Below, piece after piece: positions 10,168 through 20,000 of a DNA stretch of 20,000 bases. The stretch comes from Pseudovirgaria hyperparasitica. Lineage: Eukaryota. Position numbers and translations under genes: made by a program. Positions within the stretch are counted from its first letter, which is position 1. Each line of letters starts with the position of its first letter. The DNA lies in assembly GCA_010093815.1 (NCBI GenBank), contig ML996572.1. The stretch is one strand, 5' to 3'. A model generated the notes under the pieces. It was given only the letters and a program-made list of their open reading frames with translations, ran no database searches and had not been told where the DNA came from.

Positions 10168-11768
10168 TCAAGTTGTAAATCGGAAGGAAGGATGATCATC
10201 ACCAAGATTATCGACATCGTCTCCCTCCAGCCGCCAATCCCTCTCACCCCTATCTCTTTTTTTGTTCTCTCTTCTGACGCCAAAGAACAGTATGGTGCAA
10301 GAAGCGCCGCATACCCACAGAAGCCCAAGAGAAACACCATAGCCCGTCGGATACCGAGGTCTCTCACTGTCCAGAAAAATATTCGACGCGACAATTCCTC
10401 CCATATTGCCAAAGCCAACTGTCATGGCAGCACTCACGCTCCTCTTGTAGTGACCAGCCATTGAATTCTGCACCCATGTCAAGACAACTGAATGTGTGAT
10501 TGAGTTTCCGGGTACGATGAGGAAGAGGGCGAAATACTTGACGCCCTTGGAAAGACCATGCTGGTTGAGTAGTACGATGTAACCGACAGACGCAACCAAC
10601 AGACCAAGAATGCAAAATGAATAGCGATGTCTCAAACGATCGGTTGCCAATGCATTTACCAGGGCGACACAAGTCGCGACGATTAATACTGGAATAGTGC
10701 GTACTTGCGCCGCTTCAGCGGTGTACCCTAGCTCGCGAATAATCGTAGGCATGAAGAAGCTTGCGGAGTAACCTGTGTTAACGACACCAAAGTACATCGG
10801 TACAGCAATGTAGATTTTCCAATCCCGGAAGATACGTTTCAGAGCGGGCTTGTCAAGCCTATTCATGGCTGCCTCACCCACGTCAGCATGCAAGCGTGCA
10901 GCCAACATCGCCCTTTCGGGCTCCGAGAGGAACTTCGCTGTCTCTGGCCAGTCGACAACCCAGAACTTGGCCACCAGACCGATCGCAACGGTCGCGAGAC
11001 CCTCAATGATAAAGATCCAGCGCCATCCACGGTACCCGCCAACTCCATCCATGTGCGCCAACGCGTATGCCAGGAGCCCGCTAAATGCGCCTGCGAGAAG
11101 GCTTGCGCTGAAGAAAAGCGTTAATCGCCACTGGAGCTCGAAACGCTTGTAATACATGCTAATCAGGTAAATGCAACCAGGAAACAAGCCCGCTTCGAAA
11201 AAGCCGATGAGCACACGCATGGCAACAAGACCTTCGACGGACTTGATAAGGCCCTGACCAACTGTTGCGATGCCCCAGAGGACCATGATCAAGCTCAGCC
11301 AGGTGGATGGCGCAACTTTTTTGAGGATCATGTTACTGGGGATTTCGAAGAGAATGTATGGGATCTGGAGGCGTCAGTGGCGAAATAGTGTAGAATGTGA
11401 TATCACAAACAAAGAACACGAAGAGAGCAATGTTGAAATCATTCCCAACCATATTCAAGTCCTCGGTCATGCCCTGGATCCGCGCATTCCCTTCGAATGT
11501 CAGCTGACCTCAACAAAGATCTCTGAGAGCGATTCCGCATTTTGACAGTTCTATCGATTGGCCACATACCTATGTTCGACCGATCTAAGAACGCCATCAA
11601 GAATAGGACGAAAAGGGGTGGTAGTATATTCAGATCGCATTTCCGGAGCAGCTTTTTCTCCTGTATAGCGTCAATGCTGACGTTCAGCTCTACCGCATGC
11701 TCTTCATCTTTGACCCCCTCCACATGCGTGTTGAGCTGCGCAGAGTCGGTCTTCTCTCCGAAAAGCAT
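10168..11768 (-). CDS. MFS transporter, anion:cation symporter (Dal5/Tna1 allantoate-nicotinate permease) family, ~491 aa; exons 11768-11570, 11490-11411, 11364-10168
   Basis: Signature KLLRKCDLNILPPLFVLFLMAFLDRSNIGNARIQG, FEIPSN, EAGLFPG, GWRWIFIIEG, LGDDHPSFRFT; ~12 hydrophobic segments. Introns 11491-11569 (GTATGT..CTGAC..AAG) and 11365-11410 (GTTTGT..CTGAC..CAG). Substrate cannot be assigned. Confidence 0.9.
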
Positions 11769-12827
11769 TGTACCGGATCTGTTATTCACTTGAGCCCCTT
11801 CTCGAATGTCTATCGTCGTGATGGAGTCACGAGCGAAAGTAATGGTGAATGAAGCAAGAGAGAACTCGAGAAGTAGAAGAAGAATATTTAATTAGGCACA
11901 GTGCCAAATACAGCATTGACCGACGACGGACCGTCAAGGTCAAACAGACACGTCAGGTCAAGCACATACGGGTGCAAAAGGTAAAGCGCATTTCACTCTC
12001 CTTGCGCGGTGTCTATCATTCTCTCAACTTGGCATAGTGGGAGACCTCGCCTCGCAAACATCTCGGAGACGCCGGCAGCTAGAGTACAGGTCTATCTTGC
12101 GATTAATTCAATCATCCGAAGTGCCGTTTGGTTGCAGCATTGGTATACAAGGATACCCCGGATTCCCACAGCGAGTTACGACCTGCGACAGAAAAACGCC
12201 GGACGGACCTGCGATAGAGAGGGCATACGTTGCTTTTGAGTACTGTGATAATAAGCGACCAATAAGTGGTAGATTGATAAGGGTACGCACGGGTTTATCA
12301 TAGCTGCTATGTTGTACGCGATGTTCGTTGTATTACAGGGGGCTTTCTATTCTGCATCGGCGGAGATAGAATAAATCCAGCGGCTTCCCTTTTCGGTAGA
12401 GTGCGAGTGCCTTTGAATAAGATGTTGGGAACTGAAAAAAGCCCAACTAATTAATCATTTCTGCCCGAAAGTATCATCCATTTTGTTTTCCGAAAATTCA
12501 TCTTTTGCCTCCCAAACTTACCTCCGTTGAAAAAGATGGGCACCCTATTCGATAGATACGACGCATCTCATTGGCAACCGCACGTAAGCTTGCTTCCTTG
12601 TTTATGCAAGTAAACCAAATAATTATTCTCGTAAACACTGTCACATTCATGGTGAATGCAGTAACACGCGTATGAAACTCCGCTCGGCATCAAGAAATTG
12701 AACATGTCAGGTCAGCCATTTAATTCAAGAGCGCACGTACAAACCCAAACGGTTCGATTGGATCCCATCGTATTGTCTCACTCCAAACTCTTTGGCCAAG
12801 ATCGATACCCCGATGCTGTGACGATGA

Positions 12828-14048
12828 TCATTTCCACGTCAGTTTCCAGGTGTCTTCTCCCCTTCGGAAAGGGATGACTTCAATATCACCAGTAGCGTTC
12901 TTCAGCACATCAGGGACCTTTGCGCCTTTCCTCTCTAGTTGAATTTTGCGGCCATGGGCATGCTCTGGCAGCTTATAGAACTTTCTACCGCGATTGCTCA
13001 AGAAGTCTTCAAGCGACGCCGCTGTTACCTCTCTTGAGATCCATCCCTTGGCTACGGCCTCTTCGATGGCTCCAATCACAAGCTGCGTGGCACAGCTCTG
13101 GGTAAAGCATCCCGCTGCGGCCTTCTTGACACCTGTTTTGGCTGTCACTGGATGTGGCGCCGAGTCGCTTCCTATATACTATTTTCAGAATTGCGTGTGT
13201 GTGTACAGACTGTACTTACCAAAGAAGAATTTCCCGTTTCCTCCTTCTACTGCAGCGCGAACGAGAGCCACGCGATCCTCCATAGTCTTGGCCACAGGCT
13301 TACAGAAGTTGAAAGCATCACCGCAGACATCGTCAACACATATCCATAGATGGTGAGCTGTGATAGTCGCTGCAACACTCGGTCCGCATTTTAGAACAGC
13401 GTCCAGAGCATCGCGCGTCGTACAATGCTCTAGAACTATCCGAAGCTTCGGGAAAGCATTGTGAATCTTGTGAAGCGTTGGAAGGAATAACTTCTCTGCA
13501 TTGAGAACTGACACAGCGCTCTCACCTGCCTTTTCGCTGGCGATAAAGTTTCCAGAAGGTGTGCTTGGTGCTTCGCCATGCAGGTTCAGGACCATGTCGT
13601 TCCTCTGCATAGCTTCGAAGATTGGGAAAAAGCTCTCATAGTCTACGACTCCTGACTGAGAATTCGTCGTCACTCCAGCTGGATAGACTTTCACACCGGT
13701 AATACCTGCACTAGCGGCGTCATCGATGATCTCCGGGGTGAGGGATTCGGTCATGTACAGAGTCATGAGAAATTTGACGTCTGGTGCTAATGGCTGGATT
13801 CGGGCAAGATACGATTTTGCGGCTTCTACAGTAGTGACAGGCGGGATGAGGTTAGGCTACTGAGCATCAGCTTGTTATCACCACTACAGCCAAGCGAAGC
13901 TGAATGGGAAGATCTGAAATACCATCACATACACGGTATCGACCCCGCCTAATCTGATCGTGGGAACCACCATTCTCATCATCTCGCCATCTCGCAGGTG
14001 CACATGAAAGTCTGCTGTAGGAGCCAGCTCAATCTTTTCGAAATCCAT
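12828..14048 (-). CDS. URA4: Dihydroorotase (monofunctional, PyrC/Ura4 type), ~368 aa; exons 14048-13923, 13856-13220, 13171-12828
   Basis: ADFHVHLRDG metal motif, VMPNL, GVKVYPAGVTTNS, LNLHGE, IVLEHCTT, ATITAHHL, FCKPVAK, FFFGSDSAPHP. Introns 13857-13922 (GTATTT..TAG) and 13172-13219 (GTAAGT..TAG). Confidence 0.95.
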
Positions 14049-14664
14049 TTTGAGCCTTTTACCTCAGGGAGTGCAGAATATCATACTTCACCTGGTTCTA
14101 CGATATCAAAAATATGAGGTGGTGCAGCGCCCTTGAAAAGTAACTACTTTTTCAAGGCTAGCGTAAATGGCGCTGCGCCCTAACCCACCTGGGCAGGACC
14201 ACGCTGGAATAGCGCCGTTCCTGGTGATGAAACTACGAAACAGTGTGATGACGATGAATCTTGATATAATGAGCTCTTGGAGTATTAGGTAGATGCGCCG
14301 AATTCAGTTGTAAGCTTTCCCCCAGCCTAGCCTTACTAGAAGCTGGAGTAAGGCTGTCAAAGCACTGTCAGGATCATAAACCTAACATATCGTTGTACAG
14401 ATACTGAGAATCAGAAACTTGTGTAACGTGGGTAGAGCCATACGATCATCGATCGCGGACCTTATTATCCTCTTACGTGTTTTTTGACTATTACCACCAT
14501 GCCTCAACATCGCCTATGATTGAATACTAGTTATAAAGGGCAGGCTTATCACCATGAGGCTAGTACTTATGGTCGTAAGTCGTGACTATCTAATTAATTA
14601 ACGTTTTTGAGCTTTACTTTCGTGATGCTGCCTGCGGGCGGATACATATCGGCAATCTAACCCC

Positions 14665-14905
14665 TGTTGTGTATGTTATGGAAGAAACCGTTGATTGGAG
14701 ATGATATACGGAGCATTATTGGGCTTTTGTTTGTGTAGATAAGTGTATTATAAGTAGAAAGTAGACGTGATTGAGGTCATTAAATGTATTCTATAAGTGT
14801 GTAAAGAACTAAGTTCTAGGAGATAGAGTCGAAGCTATTTAACCGTTTAGACACTAGTCCTATTTAGGAAATAGTATCCCTTACTTAAAGTGCCTTCTAA
14901 TAATA
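14665..14905 (-). repeat. Putative 3' LTR of the copia element (~241 bp)
   Basis: Begins TGTTG (14665) and ends TAATA (14901-14905, RIP form of CAACA); abuts the polypurine tract. The second LTR is not in the window. Confidence 0.65.
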
Positions 14906-14912
14906 CTCCCCT
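14906..14912 (-). other. Polypurine tract of the copia element
   Basis: CTCCCCT on + = AGGGGAG on -, immediately before the LTR and downstream of the pol end. Confidence 0.65.
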
Positions 14913-15062
14913 ATACTAAGTATATATATATATATACTTAGTAATATTAGAATAAAGAAAAGCTTAAAGTAAGTAATAGTAAGAGATAGTACTAAAAGAA
15001 TAAAGGAAAGAGGGGTATAAGAGAAATAACTAAGAGAGAAATAACTATAAGTAAGATAACTC

Positions 15063-18000
15063 TACTATAAACTAATTACTATCTTTATTTAATTTAGTAG
15101 TAGTAAGGGTAGTCCTTTTATTCCTATATTAGTAATATTATTATAACTTATAATATACTATATAGATATAACTCTATTAGTAAATAATTCTTAAACTATA
15201 TAATAGTATATTATAATATATTTAGACTATACTATAATTTACTAGTTTTAGATAAGGGCTATAGTAGCTTAATTATCTATAAGAAGATAGGGAACTAGAA
15301 TATTATAACTTATAAAGATCTCTTTTATATCTAGTAGAGTCTACTATAAGTAACTTATAGCCTTTAAGTAGGCTATATATTCTACTTTATAGGTCGACTT
15401 AGTAATATATAATTATCTTTTACTATTCTAGGCTACTAAGCTTCTATTTAATTAAAGTATATATATAGAGATAGACTTTATAGTATTAGGGTCTAAACCC
15501 TAGAAAGTATCCGAGAATATATTAATTTCTATAGTATCTTTTAACTTCTTTAGTATAAGGTATTAATTAATAGTATACTTAAGATAGTATAATATACTAA
15601 AAGTAATCTATATATATTATACCGACGGATTTATATTAAATATAGTATATATATCTACTATAAAAGTAAGATCTAGACGCGTACTAGTAATAAGGTAATT
15701 AAGTAACCTAATTAATTATATATATATAAGCTACTATTCTTAATTAATAATTTCTTCTAAATATATTAGAAAGGTATTTATATCTACTAGAGTCTTTCTA
15801 CTATTATAGTCTATTATACTAAACCTCTTTAGAATATATTAAGAGTAAGCCTTCTATAAGAGCTTAATTTCGCCTTCTTATAATTAATTAATCTTAATAT
15901 CTAGAATTAGGCGGGCTTCTCTAAGGTCTTTATATTTTATATAATTTATAATCTTATATTTAAATTATTATATATACGAGCTCTCCTCTATAAGTAGAAG
16001 GTTATTAATATATATAGTAATAATAATATATCTAATAAAGATATATAGATTAAACTATAACTATTAGAATTTAAGAGACTAGAGAAGGTTATATAAGGTG
16101 TGAAACTATTTCTAACTAGACTATTTTAACCTATAAATTACCTTCTATAGCTTAAGAATCTTACCTAGCTTTTTAAATCCTAGCGGGTGCCTTATATAGA
16201 TATTTTTAGATAGACTACTATTTAGATAGGTAGTATTAAAATCGATCTAGTAAATATACTTACTATATTATATAGCCTATTAGAGTATAATATAAAGAGA
16301 ATTATACTTAATAATAGGTATAAAAGTTTTATTATAGTTAAGACTATATTTCTATATAAAGCCCTATATAATAAGATATATCTTATAAACTTTAGTATTA
16401 TCTATAGTAGTCTTAATATTAAATATCTATCTAGAACTAACTATTATAGGGATATTTATAGTAAGCGGAGCTTCCTACTATAATATAATGAATTACTAGC
16501 TAGAGCCATAGAAGAATACGTAGACTCTAGTACGAGTAGCGTAAGGGATAGTATAACACGTAGAAGAGGGGCCTATAATACGATAGGTAGCCTTAGATAA
16601 TAATCTAAGGCTAAGGTAGACATCTATAAAGAGAGCTAATCATAGGTACTTAGAATAGGTATTCTAAGTAGTCCACTAGATAATTAGGAATAGAATATTA
16701 GTATTCTAAGTAATATACTAAATACTTAGAATAAGCATTCTAATTAGAGGACCTTAGTAGAACTATATAGACCCTTTAGACCCGACCTCTAGAAGATAGT
16801 TCTATAGTAATTAATTTAAACTTATACTAATATAATTACTACTTTACTCGCCTACTAGCTAGTTACTATTTATACCCTATTAATACTTACTATAAATCTA
16901 CTTACGCCTTTCGGAGCCTTCTAAGTACCTTTACCTTTAGGAAAGCCGGGATACTCTATAGAACGGACTACTTTAGGGATAAGCTATACCCTTATCGAGG
17001 AAGGTTTATTATATATAATTAATTAATCTTATAACTTCTTAGCTCCTTTTTAATAGCTATTTACTACTAATACTAATTAGAAGAATTTCTAGTCTCTTTT
17101 AGATTTATAGGAACGTTTATATTTAAGGTAGTATTAACTAATAGAGTATAGATTATTTCCTTCTCTTCTATATCTACTAAATTTATAGAGTTATTAAAAT
17201 AAATTATATACTTATATTTTCTTCTAAAATAAGATATATTAGAAGGTAATCTTAATAGATATAGATTTTTATATAGTAGGTTATAGCTAGAGGAAGATTT
17301 AAATTTTAGTTAATTTACCCTAGGTATAGTAGAAGGCGTCCTACTATAAGAAAGGGTAGATAATCTTTATTAGAGTATCTTAGTAAGACTTATTATATCT
17401 TCTATATAGGGCTAGAGGTCCTATATATTTTAGACTATAACTAGTATATTACGAGATACTTCTCTATTATCCGACTCTTCTTTAGAGCTATCTCTTTCTA
17501 TAATAATTAAGGAAAGAGATTACTATAGAAGTGGTCTTAGACTAAAGAATACGAAAGTAATATCTTATAACTTAATAATAACCTTATAGTTAGGAATATA
17601 GTACTTATAGATTTTATCTAATTTACTATAACTAACTAGAATACCTTTCTCTAATCTATAGAGGAGCTTACTATCTAGCTTTTATACTTCTTTTAGAATA
17701 TATATATAGTAGATAACTCTAAATAGATATAAGTTTTAGATAGAAGGCTTCTTACTAAAGAGAGTATAATATAGTATATCAACTATTAGGAGAGAGGTAT
17801 ATAGTATAATATTCTTAATAAACGTTATTATATAAATTACTTTAGCCTAGAATTTTAACTTAGTATTAGAAGAGAGAATAGATCTTACTAATATTTAAAC
17901 TATATAGTTAAACCTTTTAGCTATTCTATTTAACTTATAAGAGTAGATATAAGAGGTAATATATATAGTACCCGTCTTATAAAAGAAGTCTTAAAGACTT

Positions 18001-18105
18001 TTAGTAATATATTTACCACCTTAGTTAGATATAAATTCTTTAATATCTATATTAAACTACTTCTTAATATATATAAAGAACTATATAATAATATTAGAAG
18101 CTTTT
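15063..18105 (-). pseudogene. RIP-inactivated copia pol (integrase core, SH3-like domain, RT, RNase H)
   Basis: Literal translations (de-RIPed in brackets): SN*GGKY (SDQGGEY) ~18009-18029; NRIAKRFNYI (NG.AERFNRT); F*AKV (FWAEA); YKIYLII*GFI*KYSLNYNKTFIP ([24 protein letters not shown]); IYRLK*SS*K* (IYGLKQSGREW) ~16106-16138; YINN (YVDD) 16001-16012; RNase H FSDT, *NSKR*..KSTYKVEY, DN*ATIAL, SKYI, NITNIGIKGL. Confidence 0.9.
16457..17013 (+). mobile_element. ~557-bp insertion in the copia pol, probably a solo LTR of another family
   Basis: Separates the copia pre-RT motif VPINLKETRNSSN*Y***IAIKKEL (~17110-17020) from its normally adjacent IVSSR*IF (~16450-16420). More GC-rich than its flanks; ends TATAGTAA..TTATTATA are compatible with RIPed TGTAGTGA..TCACTACA; TATAAA at 16625. 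No clear TSD; strand tentative. Confidence 0.6.
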
Positions 18106-18282
18106 TATTAGGACTTAGCCTTAGATAGAACCCGATCTATATGTACCTTAGCTAATAGGGTTAGAAGGTAACGTAAAGGGCGGTAAATAGTCACGTACTA
18201 GATAGATTAGCGTCCCTTTATATATATACTCTCGGATTCCTACTAAAAGGGTTCGGTAGTAATTCGTTCTATAATAGAATAT
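18106..18282 (+). repeat. Truncated, more heavily RIPed gypsy LTR (copy A)
   Basis: 177-bp ungapped direct repeat of 18283-18459; about 21 differences by hand count, all transitions. Confidence 0.9.
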
Positions 18283-18510
18283 TGTTAGGACTTAGCCTTA
18301 GGCAGGACTCGACCTGCACGTACCTTAGCTAACAGGGTTAGGAGGTGACGTGAAGGGCGGTAAATAGTCACGTGCTAGATAGATCGGCGTCCCTTTATGT
18401 ATATACTCTCGGATTCCTACCGAAAGAGTTCGGTAGTAATTCGTTCTATAATAGAATACACCCCATTATTCCATCTGGCTACACTACTATCTAATAATCC
18501 TATTCTTACA
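18283..18510 (+). repeat. 5' LTR of the gypsy element (copy B, ~228 bp)
   Basis: TGTTAGGA...TTCTTACA imperfect inverted termini, TATA-like TATGTATATA near 18397-18406, PBS 2 nt after the 3' end. Confidence 0.75.
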
Positions 18511-18512
18511 TT

Positions 18513-18524
18513 CGAATTACTACC
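18513..18524 (+). other. Self-priming primer binding site
   Basis: CGAATTACTACC is the exact reverse complement of GGTAGTAATTCG at 18432-18443 inside the LTR. Confidence 0.75.
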
Positions 18525-18544
18525 CATATAGTACTATAGTTAAG

Positions 18545-19858
18545 ATAGTCTAACTAGAACCAAGAAGGTCGACACGATCCACTATAGGGACAAGTAACAC
18601 TATATTAAATAATAGGGATCCTCTATAATCGGCATTAAATCTAGCCGTTCTTAATAGAGAAGTAGAGATGTCCGACCGAATCACGGAACTTTCTAATAAG
18701 GAAATGGTGGATACACTAAGCGACTTCCCATAATAGGAAGCTAGACAACGAGTCGTGGTAGAGCTACACGAGGAATCGCAACCATCAATCGCCGAACTAT
18801 AGGAGCACATCGCCAATCAAGCCCGAGAGATATAGATTCTTAAAGAATAGACCGAACGTGCGAAACTCCTCGCAAAACGACGAGAACTTAACGAGTCTCT
18901 TAAAAGACTACGCGGAATGATAGTAGGTGGATAACTTCCTATACTAATTCAGGCGGAATTAGTTCACCTACCATTAGAGTTGCGATAATCTACCGTACAC
19001 CCGGCCGCTTCGTTACCGATTTACCCTGCTCCTTCCTTAGGTATACCGAAACCTAAAGATCCGACCATATTTATAGGGAAGAACCAAAAGGAGTGGAAAG
19101 ATTAGAAGAGAGACTGCGAGAAGTACTTCCTCGATAACCCTATGCTCTTTTCTACCGAAGCATAACGCATTTCATTCGGAGAACGTTACTTAGGTTCATA
19201 ATCCCGCGATCAATGGGATAGACAGAAGGAAGTTAAGCTACTATCGGCGACAACCTAGGAACATTTAGCTATATTTATGCTAAATACCCTTGGAACTAAC
19301 GGAGAACGCGAAAGAAAGGTACTATCTAAGTTAAGAAGCGTGGCACAACGACCGAACTAGACACCTACTTAACTACTATAATACCTATAAAACCTCTAGG
19401 ATAATATCCCTATACTATAGGAAAATATTCGCATATTCTAGTTTCGTGAAGTACTACTCCCGTTAATCCGCGAAAGATTAGGAATAGTATTATTAAGTTT
19501 TAACTATCTACACGAATTAGAGGAGAAAGCTAACGAATACTACCGCATCCTTAAGGAACGCGGCTCTCTAGGTAAAACCGACGAACCCTATACGGGTTAG
19601 AAACGAGGTCGATCGAATACGTTCGATTAAGAGTAACCTCACCGCGATTAACGCTAGAAGAGTGTAAATCGGGGTAGAAACGCGTTAAGAGGATACCGAA
19701 ACAATCGAGGCGGTGGTTCCCAACACGGAAAAGGATAAGGCATAGGCTTAAATGTAACGCCTATCGCAAAATAGTAGGATCATAGCGTACTTTATTACTA
19801 TAAGTATAGAGAAAAGGGATATATTTCGCCTAACTATAAGAATCCGAAAAAAGAATAG
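18545..19858 (+). pseudogene. RIP-inactivated gag
   Basis: Same frame at the putative ATA (ex-ATG) start 18545 (..EPRRSTRS..KPKDPTIFIGKNQKEWKD*KRDCEKYF..) and at the knuckle YYKYREKGYISPNY 19796-19837 (= CX2CX4HX4C after reversing TGY>TAY and CAT>TAT). Internal stops read are TAA/TAG. Confidence 0.85.
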
Positions 19859-20000
19859 GCTAGTACGCGAGACCTAACCGCGTTCTTAGCTAAATTATAT
19901 ATACTTAGGAGGAGCCGTAGCGCCTTCCGGCGAGTAAAGACCTAATATTACTAAAAGTATCGTTACCCATAGTAAATGGTAATAAAACTATATAGGCCCT
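19846..20000 (+). pseudogene. Start of gypsy pol (N-terminal flank of aspartic protease), -1 frame relative to gag
   Basis: Frame 1 reads ..RVLS*IIYT*EEP*RLPASKDLILLKVSLPIVNGNKTI*AL, resembling the strand before an (L/I)DSGA protease motif that would lie just outside the window. Confidence 0.55.

Larger units (their letters stand above)
14665..18105 (-). mobile_element. Ty1/copia LTR retrotransposon, 3' part, heavily RIPed, cut off at 18105 by a gypsy LTR
   Basis: Minus-strand domain order integrase-RT-RNase H, then PPT and LTR, which is diagnostic of copia. Confidence 0.9.
14665..20000. other. AT-rich RIP-mutated repeat block
   Basis: Abrupt switch to TpA-rich, CpA/TpG-depleted sequence. 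Transposon ORFs are riddled with TAA/TAG codons explicable as CAA/CAG/TGG transitions. Confidence 0.93.
18283..20000 (+). mobile_element. Ty3/gypsy LTR retrotransposon (Tf1/sushi-like, self-priming), 5' part, RIPed; continues beyond the window
   Basis: 5' LTR, self-complementary PBS, gag with zinc knuckle, and pol beginning in the -1 frame. Confidence 0.88.

Noticed and set aside
11769..12827. Short ORFs and a B-box-like GGTTCGATTGG (~12751) between MFS and URA4
   Set aside because: No matching A box or terminator at suitable spacing; consistent with the MFS promoter and URA4 3' UTR.
1..14048. Secondary-metabolite or novel functional cluster (P450 plus MFS) or meiosis cluster (EXO1 plus HOP2)
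   Set aside because: Genes are interspersed with unrelated housekeeping loci, and no backbone enzyme or shared motif is visible. Sequence upstream of the P450 is outside the window.
14224..14355. Two GTGATGA box-C-like motifs and a 9-bp hairpin AGCCTTACT/AGTAAGGCT (14329-14355)
   Set aside because: No box D at suitable distance; a single short hairpin is expected by chance.
14657..14664. Telomere-like CTAACCC beside the copia LTR
   Set aside because: Single unit only; no array.
18550..18816. 88-aa minus-strand ORF in the repeat block
   Set aside because: Antisense shadow of the RIPed gag.

Overview
Filamentous ascomycete (Pezizomycotina) genomic DNA in two sharply separated compartments. 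1-~14,660 is gene-dense, with short GT-AG introns and seven spliced genes: a 5'-partial CYP52-family P450 (+), EXO1 (-), TMA16 (+), VPS71/SWC6 HIT-zinc-finger (-), HOP2 (+), a Dal5/Tna1-type MFS permease (-) and dihydroorotase URA4 (-). 14,665-20,000 is an AT-rich, RIP-mutated nest of LTR retroelements. A Ty1/copia element (-; LTR, PPT, RNase H, RT and integrase readable after reversing RIP) is interrupted by a ~557-bp putative solo LTR and by a 177-bp truncated gypsy LTR. A younger copy of that gypsy family follows the truncated LTR directly (Tf1-type self-priming PBS, gag with RIP-erased zinc knuckle, start of pol). The most unusual non-coding signal is an apparently complete RNA polymerase III unit (TATA, A box, B box, T-tract) upstream of HOP2 that does not fold as a normal tRNA. 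HOP2 intron 2 also carries a second branch point/acceptor set. All calls come from manual reading and translation; no database searches were run.
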